Assembly: GCA_963717145.1 (NCBI GenBank)
Contig: OY970325.1
Span: forward strand, 2,848,001-2,912,000
Direction of reading: 5' to 3'
Source: an uncultured Armatimonadetes bacterium
GTDB taxonomy: Bacteria > Armatimonadota > UBA5829 > DTJY01
Length of the DNA stretch: 64,000 nucleotides
Below, in pieces: positions 29,822 to 39,165 of this stretch. How positions within the stretch are numbered: the stretch's first letter is position 1; the number at the start of each line of letters is the position of its first letter. Under the pieces are notes generated by a model, which was not told where the DNA came from, did not search any database, and saw only the letters and a list, made by a program, of their open reading frames with translations. Made by a program: the position numbers and the translations under genes.

Positions 29822-29913
29822 ACCCCACCCCAGCCCTCCCCGCAACGGAGAGGGAGCACCCCCGCCAGCCGCGAGCAGCTCCCTCTCCGTTGCGGGGAGG
29901 GCTGGGGTGGGGT
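29822..29913. repeat. palindromic repeat family B copy
   Basis: CCCTCCCCGCAACGGAGAGGGAG and CTCCCTCTCCGTTGCGGGGAGGG arms. Confidence 0.9.
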
Positions 29914-29961
29914 CTCCGGATCCGGAATGCGTCCGTTCCCTACATGGCATCGAAGCCACCT

Positions 29962-30076
29962 ACCGTCAGTCCTGAGTGCGCCGGTGAATGACGGCGTGTA
30001 TCGAAGGACGGCTCAATGCAGCAAGGCCGTCCTTCGATACACGCCGTCATTCACCGGCGCACTCAGGACTGACGGT
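29962..30076. repeat. palindromic repeat family A, copy 2
   Basis: Perfect 51-bp arms with 13-nt loop. Confidence 0.92.
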
Positions 30077-30080
30077 GGTT

Positions 30081-30620
30081 TTATCCTGCCGCAAGCTCTG
30101 CGCCTCGGCGGAGGGCTTTTTCGTTGAGCGGGATGAGCTTGTGGCGGTGGGATGGCAGCACCTCGGGCAGGGCGGCGATCAGCGAGTCCATCGAGACGAT
30201 GCCGGTGGACTGGACGTATGCGCCGAGGACGATCATGTTCGCCGCGCGGATGTTGCCGATCTCCTCGGCGATGGTGTTCGCGGGGACTTCAAGGCGATCG
30301 ACATCCTGGCGGGTGGCGCCGGTGTCGATGAGCGAGGTGTTGATGACCAGCTTGCCGCCGGGCTTCACGTTCGGCTGGAAGCGGTCGAACAGGAGTTGGT
30401 GCATGCCGATCAGCGTGTCGGGGTTCGATGATATCGGCGACCCGATCTCATCGGACGAGATGATGACGGTGCAGTCGGCGGTGCCGCCTCGGGCCTCCGG
30501 TCCATAGGACGGAAACCAGACGACGTGCTTGCCCTCAGACATCGCCGCGTGAGCCAGCAGTTGCCCCATGATCATGATCCCCTGGCCGCCGGTCCCGGCC
30601 ATGACTATCTCTTCGTGCAT
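30081..30620 (-). CDS. 2-oxoacid:ferredoxin oxidoreductase gamma subunit
   Basis: AGTGGQG, PSYGPEARGGTA, ANMIVLGA. Confidence 0.92.
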   Translation of the reverse strand: MHEEIVMAGTGGQGIMIMGQLLAHAAMSEGKHVVWFPSYGPEARGGTADCTVIISSDEIGSPISSNPDTLIGMHQLLFDRFQPNVKPGGKLVINTSLIDTGATRQDVDRLEVPANTIAEEIGNIRAANMIVLGAYVQSTGIVSMDSLIAALPEVLPSHRHKLIPLNEKALRRGAELAAG

Positions 30621-30636
30621 TTCTCACCTCTCCAGA

Positions 30637-30829
30637 GAACACAGAAGCACGGAAGCAGAGGAAGCACAGAAAGGACTTCTTATCGGGAAGCCGGGAACGG
30701 GAGTGTGGGAGTATGGGAGTGTGGGAGTCCGGAGATCGAGTCCCATTCCCTTCTTGTTTTCCTGAATTCCTGGTTTCCTGCTATACGCCTTTTTCCGTGT
30801 GATCCTCTGCCATCTGTGTTATCTGTGTT

Positions 30830-30830
<1 letters not shown>
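30637..30830. repeat. intergenic element with imperfect terminal IRs and internal octamers
   Basis: GAACACAGA...GCAGAGG versus CCTCTGC...TCTGTGTTC. Confidence 0.55.
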
Positions 30831-31573
<743 letters not shown>

Positions 31574-31609
31574 CTGATCCACCTTCTCTTTCGTTGCTCT
31601 TTGCATCGA

Positions 31610-31722
31610 CCGTCAGTCCTGAGTGCGCCGGTGAATGACGGCGTGTAACGAAGGACGGCTAGCTGCACCAAGGCCGTCCTTCGTTACACGCCGTCATTCA
31701 CCGGCGCACTCAGGACTGACGG
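31610..31722. repeat. palindromic repeat family A, copy 3
   Basis: Perfect 50-bp arms; followed by a CCCAAAA/ACACCCA heptamer tract at 31739-31797. Confidence 0.92.
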
Positions 31723-31802
31723 ATTGCTGTTCCGGCTGCCCAAAACCCAAAACCCAAAACCTAACACCCAACACCCGACACCCAACACCTGACTCCCAGA
31801 CC

Positions 31803-32976
31803 CTACCCCGTTTCGGACGGGGTGTTCGTCATCACTGTTTCGGTCGCGGACGGGGTACCGAGGCCGTTGCCATCGACGAGCCGGCCATCGACGAGCGCCT
31901 GCGTGAATCCCGGGAACACCGGGCGCATCAACAACTGCTCGATCTGCCCCAGGATCTCCGGCGGAGTCATGATCACCCCACCGAGCCTCCCATAGAAATC
32001 GACCTGTGAGACGCCGTTGACCGCGAGGCGCACGTCCTCGACCATCTGTCCGGCGCTCAGCTCGGCGACGAGGAACCGCTTCCCCGCGAGGGCGAGTGCT
32101 GAGAGTTGAGCGCTCGGGAACGGGAAGAGAGTGACCGGCCGAAAGAGTCCGACCTTCAGGCCCTTCTTCCTCGCGAGGCTCATGGTCGTGCGGCAGATGC
32201 GGGCGGTGCTTCCATACGCCACGAGCACGATGTCCGCGTCCTCAGTCTCATATTCATCCCATCGGACGTCATCCCGGCAGGCGGCGGCATACTTCGCCTG
32301 GATCTGCAGATTGATCGCCTCCAGGTCCTCCGGAACGATGTACAGGGAGGTGACGTATTCTGCTCGGTCGCCCCTTCGCGCCGGTCGTCGCCCACGGTTT
32401 CTCGGGGATATTGGTCTCGATCGTCTCGGGCAGTTCGATCGGCTCGAGCATCTGGCCGACGATGGCATCCGAGAGCACCATCGCCGGGTTGCGATACTTG
32501 TCGGCGAGATCGAATGCGAGCGCCGTGTGGTAGAACATCTCGGGGACAGACCACGGTGCGAGGGTCAGCAGCTTGTAGTCGCCGTGTCCCCCACCCTTCA
32601 CTGCCTGGAAGTAGTCCGCCTGCGAGGGAGCGATGTTTCCGAGACCGGGGCCGCCTCGCTGGACATTCATGACGACGCAGGGGAGTTGAGCGCCCGCGAT
32701 ATACGAGAGTCCCTCCATCTTGAGGCTTACTCCCGGGCTTGATGAGGAGGTCATCGCCCGGACGCCGGCACATGCCGCGCCGTAGACCATGTTGATCGCC
32801 GCGATCTCGCTCTCGGCTTGCACGAACACGCCGCCGGCCTTTGGCATATAGAGCGACATGTACTCCGGCACTTCGTTCTGTGGGGTGATCGGATACCCGA
32901 AGAACGCCCGGCATTGAGCGGCTATGGCGCCCCGCACGGCGGCTTCATTGCCTTTCATCAAAACTCGCTTTGCCAT
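31803..32976 (-). CDS. vorB: 2-oxoacid:ferredoxin oxidoreductase alpha subunit (VorB-like), frameshift at ~32355
   Basis: MKGNEA, GYPITPQ, QAESE, TSSSSPG; one extra base in AGA ATA C GTC ACC TCC CTG TAC; continues to [11 protein letters not shown]. Confidence 0.8.
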
Positions 32977-32977
32977 G

Positions 32978-33196
32978 TTACTTATACACCTCGATTGCCA
33001 CGTCGGGGCACATCATCGCGCAGATGGCACACCCGCCGCATTCCTCCGATTCCTGGCCCTGAATCAAACTTGGGGTGGCGGGATGATGGCCCTTGGTGTT
33101 GAAATCTTCCGATATGGATATGAGCTTCCTGGGGCAGAACTCCACGCAGAGCCGGCAGCCCTTGCATCTTTCGATGTCGATTGTTATGTTAGCCAA
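32978..33196 (-). CDS. 2x[4Fe-4S] ferredoxin-type delta subunit
   Basis: TTG start after [19 protein letters not shown] and [12 protein letters not shown]. Confidence 0.88.
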   Translation of the reverse strand: MANITIDIERCKGCRLCVEFCPRKLISISEDFNTKGHHPATPSLIQGQESEECGGCAICAMMCPDVAIEVYK

Positions 33197-33217
33197 TTCT
33201 GTGAACCCCTTTCGTCC

Positions 33218-33315
33218 CCGCTGACCCCACCCCGGCCCTCCCCGCAACGGAGAGGGAGACTGATCCGCTACCCACTCCCTCTCCGTTGCGGGGAGGGCCG
33301 GGGTGGGGTCAGCGG
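33218..33315. repeat. palindromic repeat family B copy
   Basis: Same core; right arm contains the stop codon of the adjacent gene. Confidence 0.9.
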
Positions 33316-35651
33316 TTGCCGAGATCCGCACAGGCCGCTCGCACTGCGATGATGTCCGTGAGCGGGCGATCATGGCGGGTCAGCATCAGATCTTTCGCCT
33401 GCGAACCATCCGAGCGCCCGACGATTCGTCCGGCGGAATCGGTGGCTCGGTATGCAAACTGGGAACTGGTTCCGCCGTCGAGCATGAATGCTCGCGATAT
33501 CTTCAACCGACGCGGGTAGTCATTGAACCGTCCAAGCATACCGCGCATCGCATCCTGGAGCCCGCCATCCGACGCAAGGAAATCAGCCATCCTGGACCAG
33601 GTACACGAACTTGCCGAAACGAGAAAGAAATGTCGCCGGCCTCCGCCGACATCATCCGAGAAAGCGATCGCCGTCCGCTGCAGTGGCAGGTCCACTGATA
33701 GGGACGAGCCCGGAAGGATCGGCGGCCACCACGGCGGAGGGTCCTGGGATCCCCCATCCTTCACCAGCAGGCCTACTGCCCCGCGCCCGTACGGATACGC
33801 CACCCTGATGCTTCGGGGCGCATGATAGGCGTCCGTCAGCTTCCGTTTCTCCCAATCAGAGAACACAAGCGACTTCTCGACTTCCGCCGAGGTGAAACCG
33901 CCGCCCGACCGCTCCATGCTAAACGCCCATAGCCCGGGCCTGAAGCTTGGCAGATGATAGTACCACCCGGCATCGGAAGCCATGTCGCCGACCGGTTGTA
34001 TCACCGGCAGCCCGATCAATCCGCCGTTCACCGCCGCACGGATCTCGCCCTTGCCAGTGCCGAACATCTCCGGCCCGACCTGGGTCGTTCCGCGCTTTAC
34101 CAGGAGGACTTCACGAGGCTCGTCTCTGACCCACGATATCGCGGCGCCCCCCATACCTGAGTTCGCCTTCCCGATCAGTTGTCCTCCCGGGGACGCTCTC
34201 TCAGCCCATCCGACATCGATCACTCGCTTGGCAATATCGTCAATCGCCTCCGCCCGGCACCAGGCCACGTAGAACTGCCCGGTTCGGAAGCCCTCGATCC
34301 GGTACCGAGGCGCGAGCACGGTGATCGGGAGCGCCCATCGGCTGGTCTGGTTCCTGTAGCGGAAAGCATAGTCGTCCAGGAAATCGAGGACGAACCGATA
34401 AGTGCCGTCGGGCGGCATCAGCTTCCTGGGCACACGGACCAACAGCGAGTGCTGAGCGCCTCGCGCGGAAGCATCGAGCCCATCGTGTCTGCCATTGTGC
34501 TCGCGGCATACCAGATCGGCGATATTCCACCGGAACAGCAGCTTCAGGCGAGGATCGAGCAGCCGAAGCTGTCCTCCTATGGCGTCGGCATCCTCGTTGT
34601 CCCTCAGCCGGTAGGAGACATAGTACTCGAAGAAATCATCGTCCGGCTTCCCGAGAGTGCCGTTATCCCGCTCGCCGACAAACTCCGCCTCATCGGTCAG
34701 GCGACCGTCATCCATGCGCGCCCGTCCCGCCGTCAAATGGGGCCGCGACCGCCCGTTCGCGAAATCGCCACTCCGATACGATGCGGAATCACCGTCCGAC
34801 TCCTGGGTGACCTCGACCTCATAGGTATATACGCCAGGGCGCACGTATGAGTTACGGCTATCCTTGCCGTCCCACTTGAAAGTCCACGTCAGCGACCTGG
34901 CCTGCGGGTCGTGGCCGGCGATGTTCGCGGTGAACGTCCGAAGGGGTCTCTCGTAACTGGCGGCGACTTCGGTCGGGTATAGCTTAAGGGTCAGTCTGAC
35001 CGGATCGCCATGGAGATCGTCATCCTTCAGGTGTATGGTGATCGGCCGAGTACGGCCTTCCTCGCCCTGCCACAGCACGAACGACTCGGGATCACAGGAC
35101 GAGACTTCCAGGTCGAGGATCGTGAATATCTGCTCGGCGAAGGCATTCGCGTTGCCGGCATCTGCGTCCACGCGCAGCACGTACTGACCGTTTGGCACAG
35201 ACCGGGTGTTCCACTCCCAACTGTAGACCGCCGTGGTGGTTCCCGAATCGCCGTCGGTCCTGGTGGAGTCGGGCTGCGGGGGAGCGCCCTTGCTCAACTG
35301 AGTCCAGTTCGAGGGCCACTTGGGACTATCCTGGCCGATCCTGACGCTGAGGCCCGAGAGATCGGCGTCGCGGGTGACAATCCTGATCACGATGTTGACA
35401 TCGCCTCCCACCGACCTTCCACTCGATGGGCTGACAACCGCCACCTCAGCAATACTGTCGGAACCGGACTGACCGCCGGTCCGACCGGCATTCTTCCCAT
35501 TGGCCGGCGGGGCCTGCGTACGATCTTTCTTCGAAGTGGATGGCGCTCTCAACGCCGAGGACAGGAACAGCAGACCGAGGATGACGACCATCGAGCCGAC
35601 CACGATGGCAGGCGTTCTGATGGCCGAGTTTGCGCGAAAAAGTCTCATCAT
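33309..35651 (-). CDS. membrane-anchored protein with Ig-like and FlgD-like domains and a phosphodiester-glycosidase-like C-terminus
   Basis: N-terminal TM; WNTRSVPNGQYVLR, WDGKD...V.PGVYTY, RTAIA, AFMLDGGTSSQ. Confidence 0.6.
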   Translation of the reverse strand: MMRLFRANSAIRTPAIVVGSMVVILGLLFLSSALRAPSTSKKDRTQAPPANGKNAGRTGGQSGSDSIAEVAVVSPSSGRSVGGDVNIVIRIVTRDADLSGLSVRIGQDSPKWPSNWTQLSKGAPPQPDSTRTDGDSGTTTAVYSWEWNTRSVPNGQYVLRVDADAGNANAFAEQIFTILDLEVSSCDPESFVLWQGEEGRTRPITIHLKDDDLHGDPVRLTLKLYPTEVAASYERPLRTFTANIAGHDPQARSLTWTFKWDGKDSRNSYVRPGVYTYEVEVTQESDGDSASYRSGDFANGRSRPHLTAGRARMDDGRLTDEAEFVGERDNGTLGKPDDDFFEYYVSYRLRDNEDADAIGGQLRLLDPRLKLLFRWNIADLVCREHNGRHDGLDASARGAQHSLLVRVPRKLMPPDGTYRFVLDFLDDYAFRYRNQTSRWALPITVLAPRYRIEGFRTGQFYVAWCRAEAIDDIAKRVIDVGWAERASPGGQLIGKANSGMGGAAISWVRDEPREVLLVKRGTTQVGPEMFGTGKGEIRAAVNGGLIGLPVIQPVGDMASDAGWYYHLPSFRPGLWAFSMERSGGGFTSAEVEKSLVFSDWEKRKLTDAYHAPRSIRVAYPYGRGAVGLLVKDGGSQDPPPWWPPILPGSSLSVDLPLQRTAIAFSDDVGGGRRHFFLVSASSCTWSRMADFLASDGGLQDAMRGMLGRFNDYPRRLKISRAFMLDGGTSSQFAYRATDSAGRIVGRSDGSQAKDLMLTRHDRPLTDIIAVRAACADLGNR

Positions 35652-35751
35652 ACCTGTGATCCGATCCCCGCCAAATACGCCATAATCCTCGCCTCTCGAC
35701 AAGTCGATGATAGCGCATTCGAGCATCGGATTGCAAGCGAAGTACAAAGTG

Positions 35752-35858
35752 CCGGAATACCCCTCCCCAGCCCTCCCCGCAACGGAGAGGGAGTTGCTCG
35801 CGGCTGCCGATGGTGCTCCCTCTCCGTTGCGGGGAGGGGCTGGGGAGGGGTATTCCGG
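35752..35858. repeat. palindromic repeat family B copy
   Basis: Same core; loop resembles the reverse complement of the 29822 loop. Confidence 0.9.
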
Positions 35859-35874
35859 GCTCTCTCAGGCGTGG

Positions 35875-37155
35875 CTAAGACTCCTGGGTGGCTGACCACC
35901 GCTCGTATGCGAGACGCCATTTCCAGTAGAGGACGGCAGCCGTGAATATGACGACCAGGCCCATCATGAGCAGGATGGCGCTGCGGCGATGACTCGCATC
36001 GAGCGCCGCCGCGGCGGCTTTGCTCACGCTGCTGATGGTGGCAATCGCAGGGCTGATCGCCTCCTGGACCTTGGCTGTAGTGACTGTATGCTGCAGAGCC
36101 CGAGCCGAAACGAGGTTTGTGCGGGCATTCTCCAGTTCCGCAACCTGGTCCTGCACGTCCATGTTGGCGGCTTCGGCTCTTTTGAGGGCGGCGGCCGCCC
36201 GATTGTAGTCCTCTTCTAGCCCCTGGATCAGCCCGTGGATCTTCGTTGCCTCGCGAAGCGCGGGAGTCCCCTCTTTGTGACAGCTCCCGCAGTGCCGAGC
36301 GCTGTCCCCGACGAGCATGTCATCCGTCGGCTTGATGATGGCATGGTTATCGTGGCAGTTGACACATCTCGGAACGCCGGTCTTCTGGAAGGCCATGTTA
36401 TGCGCGCCCTGGATAAAGTACTCCTGCGTCTTGGAGTGGCAAGTTCCACAGACGTTCACCACCTCTTTCACACCGGGAGGAGTTGCGCCATGTGTGCCAT
36501 GACAGTCTGAGCACGCCGGAGCGGAAAGGTCTCCATCCTTGAACAGCTTCTGAGCATGGTAGCTCTTCATGTAGTTCTCATACTGGTCCGTCGGGATGCC
36601 GTAGGATGCCATGTGCTTCGGATCGGCGTGACACTTTGCGCATGTCTTGGGGATGTTGGTCTTGTAGACTGAGGAAAGAACGTCATCCTTCGCCCGAATG
36701 CCATGTGTTCCGTGGCAGTCGGTGCATGCGGCGACTTTGACATCGCCCTCCTCGAGCAGGCGTTTGCCGTGGACGCTCTGCTTGTACTCGGCGAACTGGC
36801 TCATGGATGAAACGTTGAACTGCCGCATGTACTTGGGATTGGCATGGCATTTCGCGCACAGGGCCGGGATATCCTGTTTCCTGGGGGTGCCTTTGAAGTC
36901 CGGCGCATTCCTCATCGCTCCCATCGACGGGTCGCTGGAATTGCCTCCATGGCAGTCCGTGCAGAGTATGCCCTTCTTGGCATGGATGCCGTCTTTCCAC
37001 TCCGCCACTACGCGGAGCGACGCCCTGCCCATGTAGCTGTGACAGTCCAGACAACTGTTCCTGGTCGCCGCCTGGGCCGGGCCGGTGGCCGTCAGGGATG
37101 CTGCCAGGACGGATACTGCAAAGCAGATCAGCGTTCGCCTAATACCTTTTGTCAT
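35875..37155 (-). CDS. nonaheme cytochrome c with coiled-coil stalk and C-terminal TM anchor
   Basis: Signal peptide; 9 CxxCH motifs counted; C-terminal hydrophobic helix. Confidence 0.9.
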   Translation of the reverse strand: MTKGIRRTLICFAVSVLAASLTATGPAQAATRNSCLDCHSYMGRASLRVVAEWKDGIHAKKGILCTDCHGGNSSDPSMGAMRNAPDFKGTPRKQDIPALCAKCHANPKYMRQFNVSSMSQFAEYKQSVHGKRLLEEGDVKVAACTDCHGTHGIRAKDDVLSSVYKTNIPKTCAKCHADPKHMASYGIPTDQYENYMKSYHAQKLFKDGDLSAPACSDCHGTHGATPPGVKEVVNVCGTCHSKTQEYFIQGAHNMAFQKTGVPRCVNCHDNHAIIKPTDDMLVGDSARHCGSCHKEGTPALREATKIHGLIQGLEEDYNRAAAALKRAEAANMDVQDQVAELENARTNLVSARALQHTVTTAKVQEAISPAIATISSVSKAAAAALDASHRRSAILLMMGLVVIFTAAVLYWKWRLAYERWSATQES

Positions 37156-37173
37156 CGCCGTCACTCCTACCTA

Positions 37174-37620
37174 CTACGAGTACTTGCCCCAGAACATCAA
37201 GAATAGTACGGACGCGATCCCGATCACGCCTATCGCTATGGCAAAGGGCCGCTTCCTGGGCTTCCTCTCCGGGTTGCGGTCGATGAACGGTATCAGCACG
37301 AGGATCAGCATCACGAGGCCCTGAAGGATGATCGAGAAGGCGCGCCCTTCCCCGAGGATGACCTTGACCCCCGGGATCGAGTTCAGCACGGGCATCTCGG
37401 GAGGAAAGAGCTTGAGGAACTGGTAGGGCGCGAGGAAATACCACTCGGGCTTGATGTGCGCGGGTGTCGTGATGGGATCCGCCTTGGGATGCAGTTGGGG
37501 CGGGAGAAGGGCAAGCAATACCAGCAGCAGACCGAAAACCAGGTATGCCGCGGTCACTTCCTTGGTAATATGGTTCGGAAAGAACGGTTCTCCAGGTACG
37601 TAGTCTTCGTGCTCAGCCAT
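37174..37620 (-). CDS. petD: cytochrome b6-type complex subunit IV
   Basis: GEPFFPN, HIKPEWYFL, PFIDR. Confidence 0.85.
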   Translation of the reverse strand: MAEHEDYVPGEPFFPNHITKEVTAAYLVFGLLLVLLALLPPQLHPKADPITTPAHIKPEWYFLAPYQFLKLFPPEMPVLNSIPGVKVILGEGRAFSIILQGLVMLILVLIPFIDRNPERKPRKRPFAIAIGVIGIASVLFLMFWGKYS

Positions 37621-37627
37621 TATCGTC

Positions 37628-37826
37628 CTCCATTCCCTGTAGGGGCGAGCCTTGTGCCGCCCCCTACCATCTCCATTCCTGTAGGGGCGTGCCTTGTGCC
37701 GCCCCCTACCATCTCCATTCCTGTAGGGGCGTGCCTTGTGCCGCCCCCTACCATCCCCATTCGTGTAGATGCGAGCCTTGTGCCGCCCTCATCATCTTGC
37801 TGGGCGGCGCAAGGCACGCCCCTACA
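37628..37826. repeat. GTAG-type REP cluster, 42-bp tandem units plus one inverted copy
   Basis: GTAGGGGCGWGCCTTGTGCCGCCCCCTAC three times, a degenerate fourth, inverted copy at 37802-37826. Confidence 0.88.
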
Positions 37827-37834
37827 GCCCTTCC

Positions 37835-38578
37835 TCAAAGCGGACCGGAAATCCCCTGACGTCGGATCATCAGGAAGTGCAAAGCGAGTAGAAGTATGGT
37901 AGCCACCGGTAGGATGATGACGTGACCGGCGAAGAAGCGAGTCAGCGTCTCGCCCGTTACCATCTCCCCGCCGCGCATCATCAGAAGCATGGGTTCGCCC
38001 ACGAGGGGAACCGCTCCGGCTATCTGGCTGCCCACGGTCGTAGCCCAATAGGCAACCTGGTCCCATGGCAGCAGGTAACCGGTAAAGCCGAACGCCAGCG
38101 TTATCCCCATCAGCCCGACACCGACCACCCAGTTGAGTTCTCTGGGGGGCTTATACGCCCCATAGAAGTACACCCTGAACATGTGAAGCAGCACCATGAG
38201 GATCATCCCATTGGCTGCCCAATGGTGGATCCCGCGAATCAGCCAGCCGAAAGTCACATGGTTCGTGATGTGCCGAACGCTCTCGTATGCGCCATCCGGG
38301 GTCGGCCTGTAGTAGAGAGTAAGCAGAATCCCCGTGAAGACCTGAATGATAAAGAGGAAGAAGGTGAGCCCACCGAAGCAGAAGCTCCAGTTGATGTGCT
38401 TGGGCACAGGCTTCTTCATTGCCTTGTTGAGTGCATCTCGGAACTCGAGCCGTCTGTCGAGCCCACCGTATATCAGGCCCGAGGCAGACAGAAGCCAGCC
38501 GAGAACCTGGTTCACGTCTATCCGCTCATTGAACCAACTGTACAATCGCGAGAGAAAGCCCTTGTTTTTCTTCATCAT
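37835..38578 (-). CDS. petB: cytochrome b6-type subunit
   Basis: FCFGG, four His ligands, PRELNW, GYLLPWDQ, RRQGISGPL end. Confidence 0.92.
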   Translation of the reverse strand: MMKKNKGFLSRLYSWFNERIDVNQVLGWLLSASGLIYGGLDRRLEFRDALNKAMKKPVPKHINWSFCFGGLTFFLFIIQVFTGILLTLYYRPTPDGAYESVRHITNHVTFGWLIRGIHHWAANGMILMVLLHMFRVYFYGAYKPPRELNWVVGVGLMGITLAFGFTGYLLPWDQVAYWATTVGSQIAGAVPLVGEPMLLMMRGGEMVTGETLTRFFAGHVIILPVATILLLALHFLMIRRQGISGPL

Positions 38579-39066
38579 GCCCACCCTCCGATATAGATTA
38601 TACAGCCGTCGATGATGACCTTGAGTTCGGGAAGAGGCTTCGGTGCGGGTCCCGAGACGACCTTGCCGTTTGCATCGAAAACAGCGGCATGGCATGGGCA
38701 GAGAAACGTCTTGCTCTTGTCCTCCCACACGATTGCGCACTGAAGATGCGTGCAGACCCGACTGAATGCCTTGAACTTACCGCCAACATTGACGACCGCA
38801 CAGGGCACGCTATTGTAGACGAAGCTCTTTGACCCTCCGTCCGGTATCTCCGTAGTCTCACCGATCTCGACCTTGTCCGAGGTGCCGCCGATCGCCTGTT
38901 TGGGCGGGATCAGGTAGCGAACTACCGCGTTGAGTATGCTAATGCCGGCCCCGACGAACGTTGAGGCAACAAGGAGATTTGCCAGAAACTCTCGGCGCGT
39001 TATCCCTTCAATCTGCTCCGGGGTCGTATTGCCGGGACTCATAGGAACGTCTGTCATATCGGCCAT
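38575..39066 (-). CDS. petC: Rieske 2Fe-2S subunit
   Basis: Tat motif TRREFL; CTHLQC and CPCH. Confidence 0.9.
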   Translation of the reverse strand: MADMTDVPMSPGNTTPEQIEGITRREFLANLLVASTFVGAGISILNAVVRYLIPPKQAIGGTSDKVEIGETTEIPDGGSKSFVYNSVPCAVVNVGGKFKAFSRVCTHLQCAIVWEDKSKTFLCPCHAAVFDANGKVVSGPAPKPLPELKVIIDGCIIYIGGWA

Positions 39067-39118
39067 TTCCCGAACCACCTCCCTGGCCGTGATGGGTATC
39101 TACACGGCCATCGCGCTT

Positions 39119-39153
39119 TTGTGAATTTTATAACATTGCCGCCAATATTGCAA
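39119..39153 (-). promoter_or_regulatory. promoter of the Rieske operon with possible overlapping Rex site
   Basis: Minus strand TTGCAA-N17-TAAAAT; TTGTGAATTTTATAACAT at 39119-39136. Confidence 0.5.
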
Positions 39154-39165
39154 GAGATAGTTTAA

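Noticed and set aside
29558-30127. Overlapping ORFs of 75-157 aa
   Set aside because: Made of stacked repeats and a terminator, with no coding signals
37628-37790. CRISPR-like 42-bp repeats (also 52454-52594)
   Set aside because: Sequence between the hairpins is itself repeated; GTAG ends and inverted copies fit REP clusters
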